From an uncultured Actinomycetota bacterium (lineage in GTDB: Bacteria; Actinomycetota; Humimicrobiia; Humimicrobiales; Humimicrobiaceae), in assembly GCA_964415365.1 (NCBI GenBank), contig CAYPYW010000005.1, positions 14,579-78,578 on the forward strand: a DNA stretch of 64,000 nucleotides. Direction: 5' to 3'. A program made the position numbers and the translations under genes. Shown in pieces: positions 1-11,611 of the stretch. Every line of letters begins with the position of its first letter. Within the stretch, counting starts at the first letter, position 1. The notes beneath the pieces were generated by a model. That model worked only from the letters and a program-made list of their open reading frames with translations, was not told the origin of the DNA and did no database searches.

Positions 1-2
1 TG

Positions 3-647
3 GATAAACTCAAAAAGAGGAAAATAGAATATAAAATTTTATTTTTAGAAGCTTCCAAGAGTGCCATAGTAAAGAGATATTCTTTGACCAGGAGGAAGCA
101 CCCATTGGTTGAAAATGGTAATCTTGGAAATGGGATTGGAAAAGAAATTGAAAAAATGAGCAGGCTCAGGGAAATAGCTGATGTTGTGATAGATACCTCG
201 TTATTAAACTCAAAAGAACTGCGGATAGCCATAACAGAATGCATGATGAGTGATGTGGAGAAAAGTAAGCTTCTGCAAATATCCGTTACCTCATTTGGAT
301 ATAAATACGGCATGCCTGAAAGTATGGACATTGTAATGGATGTAAGATTCCTGCCGAATCCGTTCTACGACGAAGAGTTAAAGGATCTGGATGGGAGAAA
401 TAAAAAAGTGATTGATTTTGTTTTGTGCCGGGAAGAAACGAAAAAATTCCTGAATATGTTTGAGAGGATGCTGGACTTTTTGATTCCCAATTATATTGCA
501 GAGGGTAAGAGTTATTTAGGGATAGGTATAGGTTGCACTGGAGGGAAACACCGTTCGGTAGTATTATCTGATAAGATATATGAATATTTAAAATTAAAAG
601 GTTATTCCATTAAACTATTCCATAAAGATATTGATAAAGGTAACTGA
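3..647 (+). CDS. rapZ: RNase adapter protein RapZ (YvcJ/YhbJ family P-loop protein), C-terminal part; gene starts upstream of the window
   Basis: The frame of ORF 84..647 is open back to position 3 and reads DKLKKRKIEYKILFLEASKSAIVKRYSLTRRKHPL, typical of the RapZ central region. The C-terminal GCTGGKHRSV signature is present. The called TTG at 84 is internal, so the CDS is 5'-truncated by the window edge. Confidence 0.8.
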   Translation, partial: DKLKKRKIEYKILFLEASKSAIVKRYSLTRRKHPLVENGNLGNGIGKEIEKMSRLREIADVVIDTSLLNSKELRIAITECMMSDVEKSKLLQISVTSFGYKYGMPESMDIVMDVRFLPNPFYDEELKDLDGRNKKVIDFVLCREETKKFLNMFERMLDFLIPNYIAEGKSYLGIGIGCTGGKHRSVVLSDKIYEYLKLKGYSIKLFHKDIDKGN

Positions 648-814
648 TCTTGCCGGGAATAAATTATATTTTTATGACCGGCAAGAGATATTTTTATAAA
701 AACATACTTTATTGATTTACTTAAATTTGTTAAAATTACTCGGTTTATGTTTAACCAAGAAGTGTTTTATACTTATATAAACTATGTTTAATACTGGAAA
801 TTATATCTTATTAA

Positions 815-1840
<1,026 letters not shown>

Positions 1841-1867
1841 ATAATAAAACAAGTTTAAATGATAAAT

Positions 1868-1896
1868 AACCGGGGTCTGGTGGCCTCGGTTATTTA
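1868..1896 (+). terminator. Stem-loop AACCGGGG-TCTGGTGG-CCTCGGTT + ATTT between gap and pgk (possible attenuating hairpin)
   Basis: 8-bp stem (one G-U) and 8-nt loop. Poor U-tract, so partial termination at most. Confidence 0.35.
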
Positions 1897-1920
1897 CGAG
1901 ATAGGGTTTTGGTGATAAAA

Positions 1921-3111
1921 GTGTTTAATAAAAAAACAATAGAGGACGTTGATGTAAGGAATAAAAAAGTACTGGTCAGAGTAGATTATAATGTTCCTCT
2001 GGACAGTGAGTTGAATATTACTGACGATTCCAGGATAAGGTTATCATTACCCACTATAAATTATCTGATTGAAAACAGTGCCAAGATTGTTCTAATGTCT
2101 CACCTGGGAAGGCCAAAAGGAGAGATCGAAGATAAATTCAGGCTGGATCCGGCAGCAAAAAGGCTGGAGCAATTAATAGGTAAGAAGGTTAAAAAATTTG
2201 ACCAGATCTATTCTCCCGAGATTAAAGAATACATAGATAATGAAATGAATTATGGTGAAATTGTAATGCTTGAAAATCTTAGATTTGATCCTGGAGAAAA
2301 AGCAAATGACGATAAGTTCTCAGAATCACTTGCATCCCTTGCCGATATCTATGTTGACGATGCTTTTGGTGCTGCACATAGGGCACATGCGTCTGTTACC
2401 GGAGTAACCAGGTACCTTCCAGCGGTGGCGGGATTTCTAATGAAAAAGGAAGTTGAAACCCTCGTATCTCTTCTGGAGTCACCGCAGAGGCCTTTCCTGA
2501 CTATTCTTGGCGGTAGCAAGGTTTCGGACAAGATAAAGGTTATAAAGAATTTACTGGGTAAGGTGGATAGCTTGATATTGGGTGGAGGAATGGCTTATAC
2601 ATTCTTAAAAGCGCAGGGATATGAAATAGGAAAATCAATTTGCGAGGATGATCAGATTAATTTTGTAAGAGAAATGCTTGAGCTTGCTAAAAAGAATAAT
2701 GTTAATTTGATACTGCCTGTAGACATTGTGGTCGCAAAAGAATTTGACAATAATGCAGAAAGAAAACTGGTATCTATACAATCAATACCGGTGGATTGGA
2801 TGGGATTGGATGTTGGAGATAAAAGTATAGGGTTGTTTAAAAAAGAAATTTCAAATGCCAGGACTATTTTCTGGAACGGACCTGTAGGTGTTTTTGAATG
2901 GGATAATTTTGCGAACGGAACTAAAAGTGTTGCTTGTGCTGTTGCTGAAAGCGGGGCAATTACTGTAGCAGGTGGCGGTGATACACTGGCAGCGTTAGAA
3001 AAATATAATCTATCATCAAGATTTTCACATGTTTCAAGTGGCGGTGGAGCTTCTATGGAGCTGCTGGAGGGTAAAGAATTACCAGGTGTGGTATCTCTTT
3101 TGGATAAATAA
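1921..3111 (+). CDS. pgk: Phosphoglycerate kinase
   Basis: Motifs VLVRVDYNVP, LENLRF and GGGDT are present. The ORF track starts at TTG 1909. GTG 1921, preceded by GGTGA, gives the usual MFNKKT-type N-terminus, so the start is uncertain by 4 codons. Confidence 0.93.
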   Translation: MFNKKTIEDVDVRNKKVLVRVDYNVPLDSELNITDDSRIRLSLPTINYLIENSAKIVLMSHLGRPKGEIEDKFRLDPAAKRLEQLIGKKVKKFDQIYSPEIKEYIDNEMNYGEIVMLENLRFDPGEKANDDKFSESLASLADIYVDDAFGAAHRAHASVTGVTRYLPAVAGFLMKKEVETLVSLLESPQRPFLTILGGSKVSDKIKVIKNLLGKVDSLILGGGMAYTFLKAQGYEIGKSICEDDQINFVREMLELAKKNNVNLILPVDIVVAKEFDNNAERKLVSIQSIPVDWMGLDVGDKSIGLFKKEISNARTIFWNGPVGVFEWDNFANGTKSVACAVAESGAITVAGGGDTLAALEKYNLSSRFSHVSSGGGASMELLEGKELPGVVSLLDK

Positions 3112-3150
3112 TCGGAAGTAATGTAAATCATCATGAAAGGAATTGTAGAA

Positions 3151-3906
3151 ATGAGAAAACCTTTTATAGCTGGAAACTGGAAGATGAATATGACTCACTC
3201 ACAGGCTATAAGCTTTATACAGGACTTTGAATATAAATATGATAATAAGAATAATTGTGAAGTAGCAGTATGTCCGCCTGCTACAGCCTTAAGGAGCGTA
3301 AAAACTATAATTGACAGTGACAATCTTGATATCAAGCTTGGTGCACAGAATATGTATTATGAGTCCAGCGGCGCATTTACCGGCGAAATTTCTCCAATAA
3401 TGCTTAAAGCTCTGGGTGTTGAGTATGTAATAATTGGTCATAGTGAAAGAAGGCAATATTTTGGAGAGACCAATGAAAGTGTTAATAAAAAAGTGAAGGC
3501 AGCCTTTGATACTGATTTAAAACCCATTATGTGTGTCGGTGAGTCACTAGAGATAAGAGAAAGTGGTAAAGCTGAAGAATTTGTTATAAATCAACTTGAA
3601 AAGTGTTTGACCAGTATTGGCGAAGAAAATATCGTCGATCTAACTGTAGCCTATGAACCAATCTGGGCTATTGGCACCGGTAAAACTGCAACATCTAAGG
3701 ACGCAAACGATATGTGCCTGGTTATAAGAAGAAAAATAAAAGGGCTATATAGCGAAAAGATTTCTGAAGTTGTAAGAATTCAATATGGTGGAAGTGTTAA
3801 GCCCTTTAATATTTCGGAGCTTATGAATATGCCTGATATTGATGGAGCATTAGTTGGTGGTGCAAGTTTGAAAGTTGATGATTTTATGGCAATAATTAAT
3901 TATTAG
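3151..3906 (+). CDS. tpiA: Triose-phosphate isomerase
   Basis: MRKPFIAGNWKMN is the canonical TIM N-terminus. Motifs AYEPIWAIGTGKTA and GHSERR are present. The track start 3133 adds 6 residues. An RBS AAAGGA lies 10 nt upstream of ATG 3151. Confidence 0.93.
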   Translation: MRKPFIAGNWKMNMTHSQAISFIQDFEYKYDNKNNCEVAVCPPATALRSVKTIIDSDNLDIKLGAQNMYYESSGAFTGEISPIMLKALGVEYVIIGHSERRQYFGETNESVNKKVKAAFDTDLKPIMCVGESLEIRESGKAEEFVINQLEKCLTSIGEENIVDLTVAYEPIWAIGTGKTATSKDANDMCLVIRRKIKGLYSEKISEVVRIQYGGSVKPFNISELMNMPDIDGALVGGASLKVDDFMAIINY

Positions 3907-3913
3907 AGTAGTA

Positions 3914-5470
3914 GTGACATATATAGCTAGAAAAACAAAACCAATTTGTTTAATAATATTAGATGGCTGGGGTCTTTCTGACGAGATCGAAGGCAATGCT
4001 ATTAAACTTGCAAAAACTCCCAATATGGATAACTACTACAAAATCTATCCTAATACCAGATTGAATGCTTCGGGAGAGGCAGTAGGGCTTCCAGAAGGTC
4101 AGATGGGTAATTCAGAGGTAGGTCATCTGAATATTGGGGCAGGCAGAATAGTATATCAGGATTTTACCAGAATAAATGAGGAAATTAAGAGCGGCTCCTT
4201 CTTTAAGAATGAAGTATTAATTAAGGCTATCGAAAATGCAAAAAATAATAATAGCGGTTTTCATCTAATGGGGCTGGTGTCAGATGGTGGTGTACATAGT
4301 CACATCAGACATCTCAAAGCTTTAATTGATCTGGCAGGTAATTATGGAATAAAAAATTTATTTGTTCACGCCTTTCTTGATGGAAGAGATGTTCCTCCCA
4401 GAAGTGCCATACCATATCTGAATGATGTGGATAATTACTTAAAAAGGAAAAATATTGGCCAGATTGCTACGGTTAGTGGAAGATATTACAGTATGGATAG
4501 GGATAACAGGTGGGATAGGGTAAAAAAAAGTTATGATGCATTAGTATATAGAAAAGGGAAGGAGTTTAAGACGGCTGCGGAAGTTGTTGAAGCATCTTAT
4601 AGTAATAATATAGATGATGAATTTGTTATTCCATCTATAGTTAAGAATGAAGATGAAGAGAGAGCGAGGATTGGATCAAGGGATTCTGTAATATTCTTTA
4701 ATTTCAGGCCTGATAGAGCAAGGCAGCTTACGAGGGCATTTATAAGTAAAGATTTTGACAAGTTTGATAGAGGTAAGAAGCCGCCAGAAGTCTACTTTGT
4801 ATGCATGACCCAATACGACAAAACGTTTAATGCCGTTATAGCGTATCCTCCGGAGGAGATTAAAAATACTTTAGGGGAAGTCATATCAGATAATAATTTG
4901 AAACAATTGAGAATTGCTGAAACGGAGAAATATGCTCATGTAACTTTCTTCTTTAGCGGTGGAGTTGAAAAACCATTTAAAGGCGAGGATAGAATATTGA
5001 TCCCTTCTCCAAGGGTTGCGACCTACGACTTGAAACCTGAAATGAGTGCTTTTGAGGTCACTGATACAGTGATAGATAAAATTAAATCGGGCAGATATGA
5101 TGTGATAATATTAAACTATGCAAATCCCGATATGGTAGGTCATACCGGACATATTGATGCTGCGGTGAAAGCTGTTGAAGCAGTGGACAAATGCGTGGGG
5201 AGGGTAGTAGAAGAGTTGAACAGGAATGGAGGATTGGCGTTAATAACTGCAGATCACGGCAATGCAGAGGAAATGGTAGATCCTATTGATGAAAGGGTTA
5301 TAACTGCTCATTCTGTATCACCGGTGCCTTTTGTGATTTGTAATTTAAAAATGACCCTGAAAAATAAAAATGACAATTTTAAACTAAGTGATATTGCACC
5401 AACAATGTTGGACCTTCTAAAAATAAAAAAACCGGATGAAATGACGGGCAATTCACTTTTATCCAGTTGA
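3914..5470 (+). CDS. gpmI: 2,3-bisphosphoglycerate-independent phosphoglycerate mutase
   Basis: LIILDGWG and the metalloenzyme-domain motifs (NSEVGHLNIGAGR, ADHGN) are present. GTG start. Length 518 aa. Confidence 0.93.
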   Translation: MTYIARKTKPICLIILDGWGLSDEIEGNAIKLAKTPNMDNYYKIYPNTRLNASGEAVGLPEGQMGNSEVGHLNIGAGRIVYQDFTRINEEIKSGSFFKNEVLIKAIENAKNNNSGFHLMGLVSDGGVHSHIRHLKALIDLAGNYGIKNLFVHAFLDGRDVPPRSAIPYLNDVDNYLKRKNIGQIATVSGRYYSMDRDNRWDRVKKSYDALVYRKGKEFKTAAEVVEASYSNNIDDEFVIPSIVKNEDEERARIGSRDSVIFFNFRPDRARQLTRAFISKDFDKFDRGKKPPEVYFVCMTQYDKTFNAVIAYPPEEIKNTLGEVISDNNLKQLRIAETEKYAHVTFFFSGGVEKPFKGEDRILIPSPRVATYDLKPEMSAFEVTDTVIDKIKSGRYDVIILNYANPDMVGHTGHIDAAVKAVEAVDKCVGRVVEELNRNGGLALITADHGNAEEMVDPIDERVITAHSVSPVPFVICNLKMTLKNKNDNFKLSDIAPTMLDLLKIKKPDEMTGNSLLSS

Positions 5471-5603
5471 GTTTTCATTTTGTATTAGAAGTTTTATAAT
5501 ATAATCCTATTTATAAAAATATGTTTTTAATATATTATTTTTTTGATAAAATATAGGCCAGAAGCCAATTTGAGATTTTTATAATTTTGGAGGAAATATA
5601 AAT

Positions 5604-5837
5604 ATGGGTTCTGTTTTACTGAATGTCTTGTTTGCGATTCATATCACTGCCAGTCTGGGATTAATACTGTTAATACTGTTACATGCAGGAAGAGGAGGAG
5701 GTATTTCCGGTTTATTCTCTGGCATGGTAGAAACTTTCGATGGCACTGGAATTGTGGAAAAGAATCTTGATAGGATTACAATTATACTGGGTTTGGTTTT
5801 TGCCGTAACTACTATAATGTTGTTTGTCTTTTTATAG
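5604..5837 (+). CDS. secG: Preprotein translocase subunit SecG
   Basis: 77-aa two-TM protein with the conserved glycine-rich loop LHAGRGGGISGLFSG. It sits after the glycolytic genes, as in many Firmicutes. Confidence 0.85.
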   Translation: MGSVLLNVLFAIHITASLGLILLILLHAGRGGGISGLFSGMVETFDGTGIVEKNLDRITIILGLVFAVTTIMLFVFL

Positions 5838-5942
5838 ATTGATAGAAATTGCGAGATTATTTAAAACGAAAGGAGGTTTTAAATTAAAAAATCTTGCAGG
5901 GTAATTGTAGTGTAATTATGGTAAGAGAAAAAGGAGGCTTTG

Positions 5943-7532
5943 GTGAAGAACTATAAAAAATCATTGGTAATAGTTGCAGTACTTACAATCGTTGTATTTA
6001 TAGGAGCTATGTTTGCAGGATGCAAGACAGAAGCAGCAGGTGGCCAGATTATGAGGTTACATATTGTTGAGCCAGTATCCCTGGATCCTCCAAATGCTTA
6101 TGAAAGTGAAGGAATTCAGGTAATAAGACAGTGCTGGGATGGCCTTATAGATTGGGATCTGGAAACCTATGAACCAATACCTGCATTAGCAGAAAGCTGG
6201 GAAATAAGCGATGATGGTCTTGTTTACACCTTCCATTTAAGGAAAGGTGTGAAATTCCACAGCGGCAGAGAACTAGTAGCTGAGGATTTTGTTTATTCAT
6301 GGTCAAGGGTAGCTAATAAAGATACAGCTTCTTATCTTGCTTATCATTTGCTTCCAATCAAGGGTTATGATGAATGCCAGGATGGAACAGCTACTACTCT
6401 GGAGGGAGTAAAAGCTCTTGACGACTATACGCTTGAGGTAACCTTAAAAGAGCCTTATGCGGACTTTCTATCTACCCTGGGTCACGATGTATTTTATCCT
6501 GTAGCAAAAGAAGATATTGAAGAGTGGGGAGACGAATACACCGAACATATCAATGGAGTTGGCCCATTTAAATTTGTTAAATGGGAGCATGATCAGTACA
6601 TAGAACTTGTTAGAAATGATGACTACTGGGGTGAAAAAGCTAAACTCGATGGTGCTAAATATGTCATAATAGCTGATGAGGACACAGCGTTTCTGGAGTT
6701 TAAAGCTGGTAATCTTGAGTATACGGAGATTCCTATTGGAAAAATTACAGTCACAAGAGAAGATCCAGAATATAAAGATGGTGTGATTATTAAGCCATAT
6801 TGGGGTTTGTATTACTATGGATTTAATTTGAACGCTGAACCATTTAAGGATAATATTGCACTGCGTGAGGCTATAAGCTATGCGATAGACAGGCAGAATA
6901 TCTGTAATGTAGTAAGTGAAGGTGTACCCACACCGGCTGTAGGATTTGTTCCGCCGGGAATTCCAGGCTTCCAGGAGAACGCTTCAGATTTTGTATATGA
7001 TGTGGATAAAGCCAAAGAAAAACTAGCTGAAGCCGGATATCCGGATGGAGAGGGCTTGCCTACATTGGAGTTTGGATTTAATACAGGTGCCGGTCATGAA
7101 CAGATAGCTGAGGCAATCCAGGCTGATCTCAAAGAAATTGGAGTAAACGTAAACGTAACCGGTTATGAGTGGGGAACGCTGCTCGAGAAGGCACGGGCAG
7201 GCGAAATAGTATTTTACAGGCTGGGTTGGGTTGCAGATTATCCTACGATGGATAATTTCCTGTTCCCGTTATTCTACTCGGCATCCACTGATAACTATGG
7301 CGAGTATAATAATCCTGAGGTAGACGAGATGCTCCTTGAAGCAAGAAGTACCCTGGATGAGGATGAGAGGATTGCAAAATACAGAGAAGTTGAGAAGATG
7401 ATTCTTGATGAGTGCGCTTTTGCAAATATTTACTGGTACGGAACAAGAAGGATAATTCAGTCATATGTTAAAGGTTTTTCTCTTGACAATATGGAAAATT
7501 ATGATTTAAGTAAAGTATGGCTGGAGAAATAA
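5943..7532 (+). CDS. ABC transporter substrate-binding lipoprotein, family 5 (oligopeptide/dipeptide type)
   Basis: Lipoprotein signal with lipobox FAGC. SBP_bac_5-type motifs are present (LAESWEISDDGLVYTFHLRKGVKFHSG, AISYAIDRQ). RBS AAGGAGG lies 5 nt before GTG 5943. It heads a five-gene opp-like operon. Confidence 0.85.
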   Translation: MKNYKKSLVIVAVLTIVVFIGAMFAGCKTEAAGGQIMRLHIVEPVSLDPPNAYESEGIQVIRQCWDGLIDWDLETYEPIPALAESWEISDDGLVYTFHLRKGVKFHSGRELVAEDFVYSWSRVANKDTASYLAYHLLPIKGYDECQDGTATTLEGVKALDDYTLEVTLKEPYADFLSTLGHDVFYPVAKEDIEEWGDEYTEHINGVGPFKFVKWEHDQYIELVRNDDYWGEKAKLDGAKYVIIADEDTAFLEFKAGNLEYTEIPIGKITVTREDPEYKDGVIIKPYWGLYYYGFNLNAEPFKDNIALREAISYAIDRQNICNVVSEGVPTPAVGFVPPGIPGFQENASDFVYDVDKAKEKLAEAGYPDGEGLPTLEFGFNTGAGHEQIAEAIQADLKEIGVNVNVTGYEWGTLLEKARAGEIVFYRLGWVADYPTMDNFLFPLFYSASTDNYGEYNNPEVDEMLLEARSTLDEDERIAKYREVEKMILDECAFANIYWYGTRRIIQSYVKGFSLDNMENYDLSKVWLEK

Positions 7533-7582
7533 AAAGAGATAAGTGGATTAAATATACAGTTTGAAAGATTAATTGGAAAAGA

Positions 7583-7617
7583 ATATAGCCTACATCCAAT
7601 AAAGATGTAGGCTATAT
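7583..7617 (+). other. 14-bp perfect inverted repeat ATATAGCCTACATC / GATGTAGGCTATAT (7-nt loop) between SBP gene and first permease gene
   Basis: Read from sequence. Strong hairpin with no U-tract. Typical position for an mRNA-stabilising or attenuating stem-loop that uncouples SBP expression from the permease genes. Confidence 0.55.
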
Positions 7618-7665
7618 AATCTTAAGAAGAGATTTGTATTTATGAATTTTTAAAAAGATGGAAGA

Positions 7666-8610
7666 ATGCTGTACTTTATAATAAGAAGGATTTTACAAAT
7701 TATACCGGTTATCATCGGGGTTACGTTAATCCTTTTTACTTTAATGTATATTATTCCAGAGGATCCCGCAAAGTTAATTCTTCAAAAAGGTGCTACACCC
7801 GAGGCGCTTCAAAATTTAAGGGAAAAAATGGGTATTGATAAGCCTGTTTATATTCAGTACTGGAGATACATAAGGCAACTAGCCAAGGGTGACCTGGGAA
7901 CTTCATACCGGTACAGGCGCTCGGTTAACAGTATTCTTGCGGATCATTATCCTAATTCTATAAAATTAGCCCTGGCAGCTATTATAATTGAGATTATCAT
8001 TGGCATATTTGCAGGAATTATATCTGCAGTTAAGAAATATAGTTTCTGGGATATACTGGTCACGGTTTCAACGACAATTGCTGTTTGTGTGCCTGTATAC
8101 TGGCTTGGTATGATGCTGCAGGTTGCATTTGGCCTAAAGCTTGGATGGCTTCCTATGTCCGGGATGGGAGATGGGAGTATTAGGTATTATATTTTGCCTG
8201 CAATAACTCTGGCTTCAGTTTCTACTGCCTTTGTGGCAAGAATGACGCGAAGCACTATGCTTGAAGTACTATCCAATGATTATATTACAACTGCTTATGC
8301 CAAAGGGCTTTCACCCAATATGGTGATAGGCAAGCATGCGCTGAAAAATGCTCTAATACCGGTAGTGACCTTAATAGGAATGGATTTAGGTGCCTTAATG
8401 GGTGGTGCCATTCTTACCGAGACTGTATTTAACTGGCCCGGTGTCGGTAGGACAATTTATCTGGCAATTCTTCAGAGGGATGCACCTGTAGTAATTGGTG
8501 GAACAATAATACTGGTTATGATTTTTGTAATCATGAACTTAGTTGTAGATGTTGCATATGCGTTCTTAGATCCAAGAATTAGATATGAAAAAAAGGAAAT
8601 GCAAGTTTAA
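7666..8610 (+). CDS. Peptide ABC transporter permease (OppB/DppB-like)
   Basis: Six-TM BPD-type permease with the EAA-like loop region (YAKGLSPNMVIGKHALKNALIPV). Adjacent to the SBP gene. Confidence 0.85.
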   Translation: MLYFIIRRILQIIPVIIGVTLILFTLMYIIPEDPAKLILQKGATPEALQNLREKMGIDKPVYIQYWRYIRQLAKGDLGTSYRYRRSVNSILADHYPNSIKLALAAIIIEIIIGIFAGIISAVKKYSFWDILVTVSTTIAVCVPVYWLGMMLQVAFGLKLGWLPMSGMGDGSIRYYILPAITLASVSTAFVARMTRSTMLEVLSNDYITTAYAKGLSPNMVIGKHALKNALIPVVTLIGMDLGALMGGAILTETVFNWPGVGRTIYLAILQRDAPVVIGGTIILVMIFVIMNLVVDVAYAFLDPRIRYEKKEMQV

Positions 8611-9510
8611 ATGGCAGGTATAAAAGAATTAGAAGCATTAGAAGAGATTGAAACTGAAAGAAAATATTCAAAGACGTCGCTTTATAAAGATGCATGGAAG
8701 CGACTCCGGAGGAACAAACTTGCCATGCTCGGACTTTCTATAGTGATACTGTTGATTTTAATAGCTATATTTGCTCCTTTAATCTCACCTTATGACCCAA
8801 TTTCAAGGATAAAGGAAGATTCGTCACTAGGCCCCAGTATAAGTCATCTTTTTGGAACAGATCTACTGGGCAGGGATATCTTCAGTAGAGTTATTTATGG
8901 AAGCAGGATCTCCATAGAAGTTGGAGTTGTAGCGGTAGGTATATCGGTGTTAATAGGCCTTTTCTTTGGTGCTCTCTCAGGTTATTTTGGTGGTGCTTCT
9001 GATGCAGTGATTATGCGTGTAGCAGATATTTTCTTTGCATTCCCATATATTTTAGGGGCAATAGCAATAATGACGATTTTAGGCCCGGGAATAGTGAATA
9101 TATTTGTGGCAATTGGAATTTTAGGATGGGCTTCATTTGCGAGAATTTTCAGAAGTTCTATTTTAACAATTAAAAATAAGGAATACATTGAAGCAGCAAG
9201 GGCACTTGGCGCAAGCAATTACAGGATTATAACGAAACATATTTTTCCTAATTCATTTGCTCCCATAATTGTATACGCAACGATGAATGTCGGAACTGCG
9301 ATAATAGTAGAGGCTGCATTAAGTTTTCTTGGAATAGGAGTCCAGCCCCCGACACCAGCATGGGGTAAGATGCTTGCAGATTCTCTGGCTTATATTGATA
9401 TAGCTCCATGGATGATGTTTTTCCCAGGATTAGCTATTTTAATAACAGTTTTAGGATTTGTGCTGCTTGGTGATGGCCTGAGGGATGCGTTTGACCCGAG
9501 ATTAAAGTAA
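8611..9510 (+). CDS. Peptide ABC transporter permease (OppC/DppC-like)
   Basis: Multi-TM permease whose N-terminus is typical of OppC. The start overlaps or abuts the previous stop. Confidence 0.85.
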   Translation: MAGIKELEALEEIETERKYSKTSLYKDAWKRLRRNKLAMLGLSIVILLILIAIFAPLISPYDPISRIKEDSSLGPSISHLFGTDLLGRDIFSRVIYGSRISIEVGVVAVGISVLIGLFFGALSGYFGGASDAVIMRVADIFFAFPYILGAIAIMTILGPGIVNIFVAIGILGWASFARIFRSSILTIKNKEYIEAARALGASNYRIITKHIFPNSFAPIIVYATMNVGTAIIVEAALSFLGIGVQPPTPAWGKMLADSLAYIDIAPWMMFFPGLAILITVLGFVLLGDGLRDAFDPRLK

Positions 9511-9560
9511 ATAATTAATATTTAAAATTATAGATTTCTATTTAATTAATTTTTTTTGAA

Positions 9561-10580
9561 ATGACCGAAAAAGAAAACGATAAGATTTTAGAAGTCAAAA
9601 ATTTAAAAACCTTTTTTTATACGGATGATGGAGTGGTTAAAGCAGTTGATGGAGTTAGCTTCGACCTTAAAAAGGGTGAAACTCTTGGTATTGTGGGTGA
9701 GACAGGATGCGGAAAAAGTGTAACCGCTCTTTCAATTTTAAGATTGATTCCCCAGCCTCCGGGGAAAATAGTTGATGGCGAAATAATCTTTGACGGTAAA
9801 GACTTATTAAAGCTTGGGCAAAAGGAGCTTCAGAATTTCAGGGGTAGTAGAATTTCAATGATTTTTCAGGACCCTATGACCTCCCTAAATCCTGTATATA
9901 CAATTGGCAATCAGGTGATGGAATCTATTATGATACATAGAAAATTAAATAAGGAAGAAGCCAGAAGAGAAAGTTTGAAACTTCTGGAAATGGTTGGAAT
10001 ACCGGAACCTGAGAGAAGATTCAGCAGCTACCCTCATGAGTTCAGTGGAGGTATGAGGCAGAGAGTAATGATAGCAATGGCTATTGCGAACAGCCCCAGT
10101 GTTCTTATAGCAGACGAACCGACAACCGCGCTTGATGTAACAGTACAGGCTCAGATACTGGAATTAATGGATGACCTTAAGTACAAAACAAATTCATCGA
10201 TCATAATAATAACGCATGACCTTGGCGTGGTAGCAAAATATGCGAACAGGGTAATGGTTATGTATGCAGGTAAGCCTGTCGAGTTTTCAGGTGTTGATAA
10301 TATATATTATAAGCCGATGCACCCATACACAATCGGACTAATGAAATCCATAACAAGGCTGGATGAGGAAAAGAAAAAATCGTTAAAGCCAATTGAGGGG
10401 TTGCCGCCAAGCTTGATAGATTTGCCAAAGGGCTGTATTTTCCGGGGAAGATGCAAATATACCGTGGATAATTGTAAAAAGGAATACCCGCCTCTTGTAG
10501 AAATTGAGAAGGACCACTATGTCTCATGCTACAGAGCAAAAGAATTTATGGATGGGATACTTGAAAGATTTGGTAATTAG
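9561..10580 (+). CDS. Peptide ABC transporter ATP-binding protein (OppD/DppD-like)
   Basis: Walker A GETGCGKS, ABC signature FSGGMRQR and Walker B LLIADEPTTALD are present. The C-terminal extension is typical of oligopeptide ABC ATPases. Confidence 0.88.
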   Translation: MTEKENDKILEVKNLKTFFYTDDGVVKAVDGVSFDLKKGETLGIVGETGCGKSVTALSILRLIPQPPGKIVDGEIIFDGKDLLKLGQKELQNFRGSRISMIFQDPMTSLNPVYTIGNQVMESIMIHRKLNKEEARRESLKLLEMVGIPEPERRFSSYPHEFSGGMRQRVMIAMAIANSPSVLIADEPTTALDVTVQAQILELMDDLKYKTNSSIIIITHDLGVVAKYANRVMVMYAGKPVEFSGVDNIYYKPMHPYTIGLMKSITRLDEEKKKSLKPIEGLPPSLIDLPKGCIFRGRCKYTVDNCKKEYPPLVEIEKDHYVSCYRAKEFMDGILERFGN

Positions 10581-10582
10581 AT

Positions 10583-11584
10583 ATGGAAAATAAATTTTTA
10601 TTGGAAGTTAAAAATTTAAAGAAATATTTTAATCTGAGAGCAAGGTTTTTGTCCCAGAAATTTGCAGGGTCTGTAAAAGCAGTTGATGATATAAGTTTTT
10701 TTATAGAAAAAGGTGAAACTTTTGGGCTTGTGGGTGAGACTGGATGCGGAAAAACGACTGTTGCAAGAGTAATATTAAGGCTTGTGCCACAAACTGGCGG
10801 AGAAGTAATATATAATGGGGTAAATTTGTTTAAGCTCAGTAGCAGGGAGATGTTTAAGATAAGAAGGGAAATCCAGGTAATTTTTCAGGATCCTTATGCA
10901 TCACTTTCTCCCAGGATGACGGTTGGTGATATTATTAATGAACCGTTTGAAATTCATGAAATAGGTGATAAAGGAAAAAGAATTAAAAAAGTAAAAGAAT
11001 TATTAAAAGTGGTGGGACTTAATCCTGAGCATATACATAGATATCCACATGAATTTAGTGGTGGTCAGAGACAGAGGGTTGGAGTAGCAAGAGCTCTGGC
11101 TTTAACTCCAAAGTTACTGTTGTGTGATGAACCTGTATCTGCTCTTGATGTATCCGTTCAGGCACAGATTCTGAATTTACTTACGAACCTACAGAGAGAA
11201 TTTAATCTTACTTATCTTTTTATTGCTCATGATCTTTCCGTAGTGAAGCATGTGAGTGATAGAATAGGTGTAATGTATCTTGGTAAATTGTTCGAAGTTG
11301 CAAAGAGTGAAGACTTATATGAAAAACCACTTCATCCTTATACAATGGGTTTATTATCTGCGATTCCTATTCCTGATCCTGAGCTGGAAAGAGAAAGGAA
11401 GAGAATTGTTCTGAAGGGGGATGTCCCAAGTCCTATCAACCCTCCTTCTGGCTGCAGTTTTCATCCGAGATGTCCAAATGCTCAGGATATCTGTAGTAGA
11501 AAAGAACCTGAGTTAAAAAATTATTCAGAAAATGAAAATGAGCATCTTGCTGCATGTTTTTTTGCCGGGAAACCAATAGTTTAG
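10583..11584 (+). CDS. Peptide ABC transporter ATP-binding protein (OppF/DppF-like)
   Basis: Walker A GETGCGKT, signature FSGGQRQR and Walker B LLLCDEPVSALD are present, with a Cys-rich C-terminal oligopeptide-transporter domain. Confidence 0.88.
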   Translation: MENKFLLEVKNLKKYFNLRARFLSQKFAGSVKAVDDISFFIEKGETFGLVGETGCGKTTVARVILRLVPQTGGEVIYNGVNLFKLSSREMFKIRREIQVIFQDPYASLSPRMTVGDIINEPFEIHEIGDKGKRIKKVKELLKVVGLNPEHIHRYPHEFSGGQRQRVGVARALALTPKLLLCDEPVSALDVSVQAQILNLLTNLQREFNLTYLFIAHDLSVVKHVSDRIGVMYLGKLFEVAKSEDLYEKPLHPYTMGLLSAIPIPDPELERERKRIVLKGDVPSPINPPSGCSFHPRCPNAQDICSRKEPELKNYSENENEHLAACFFAGKPIV

Positions 11585-11611
11585 ATAAGAAAATTTTTGG
11601 TGAGTGTATAA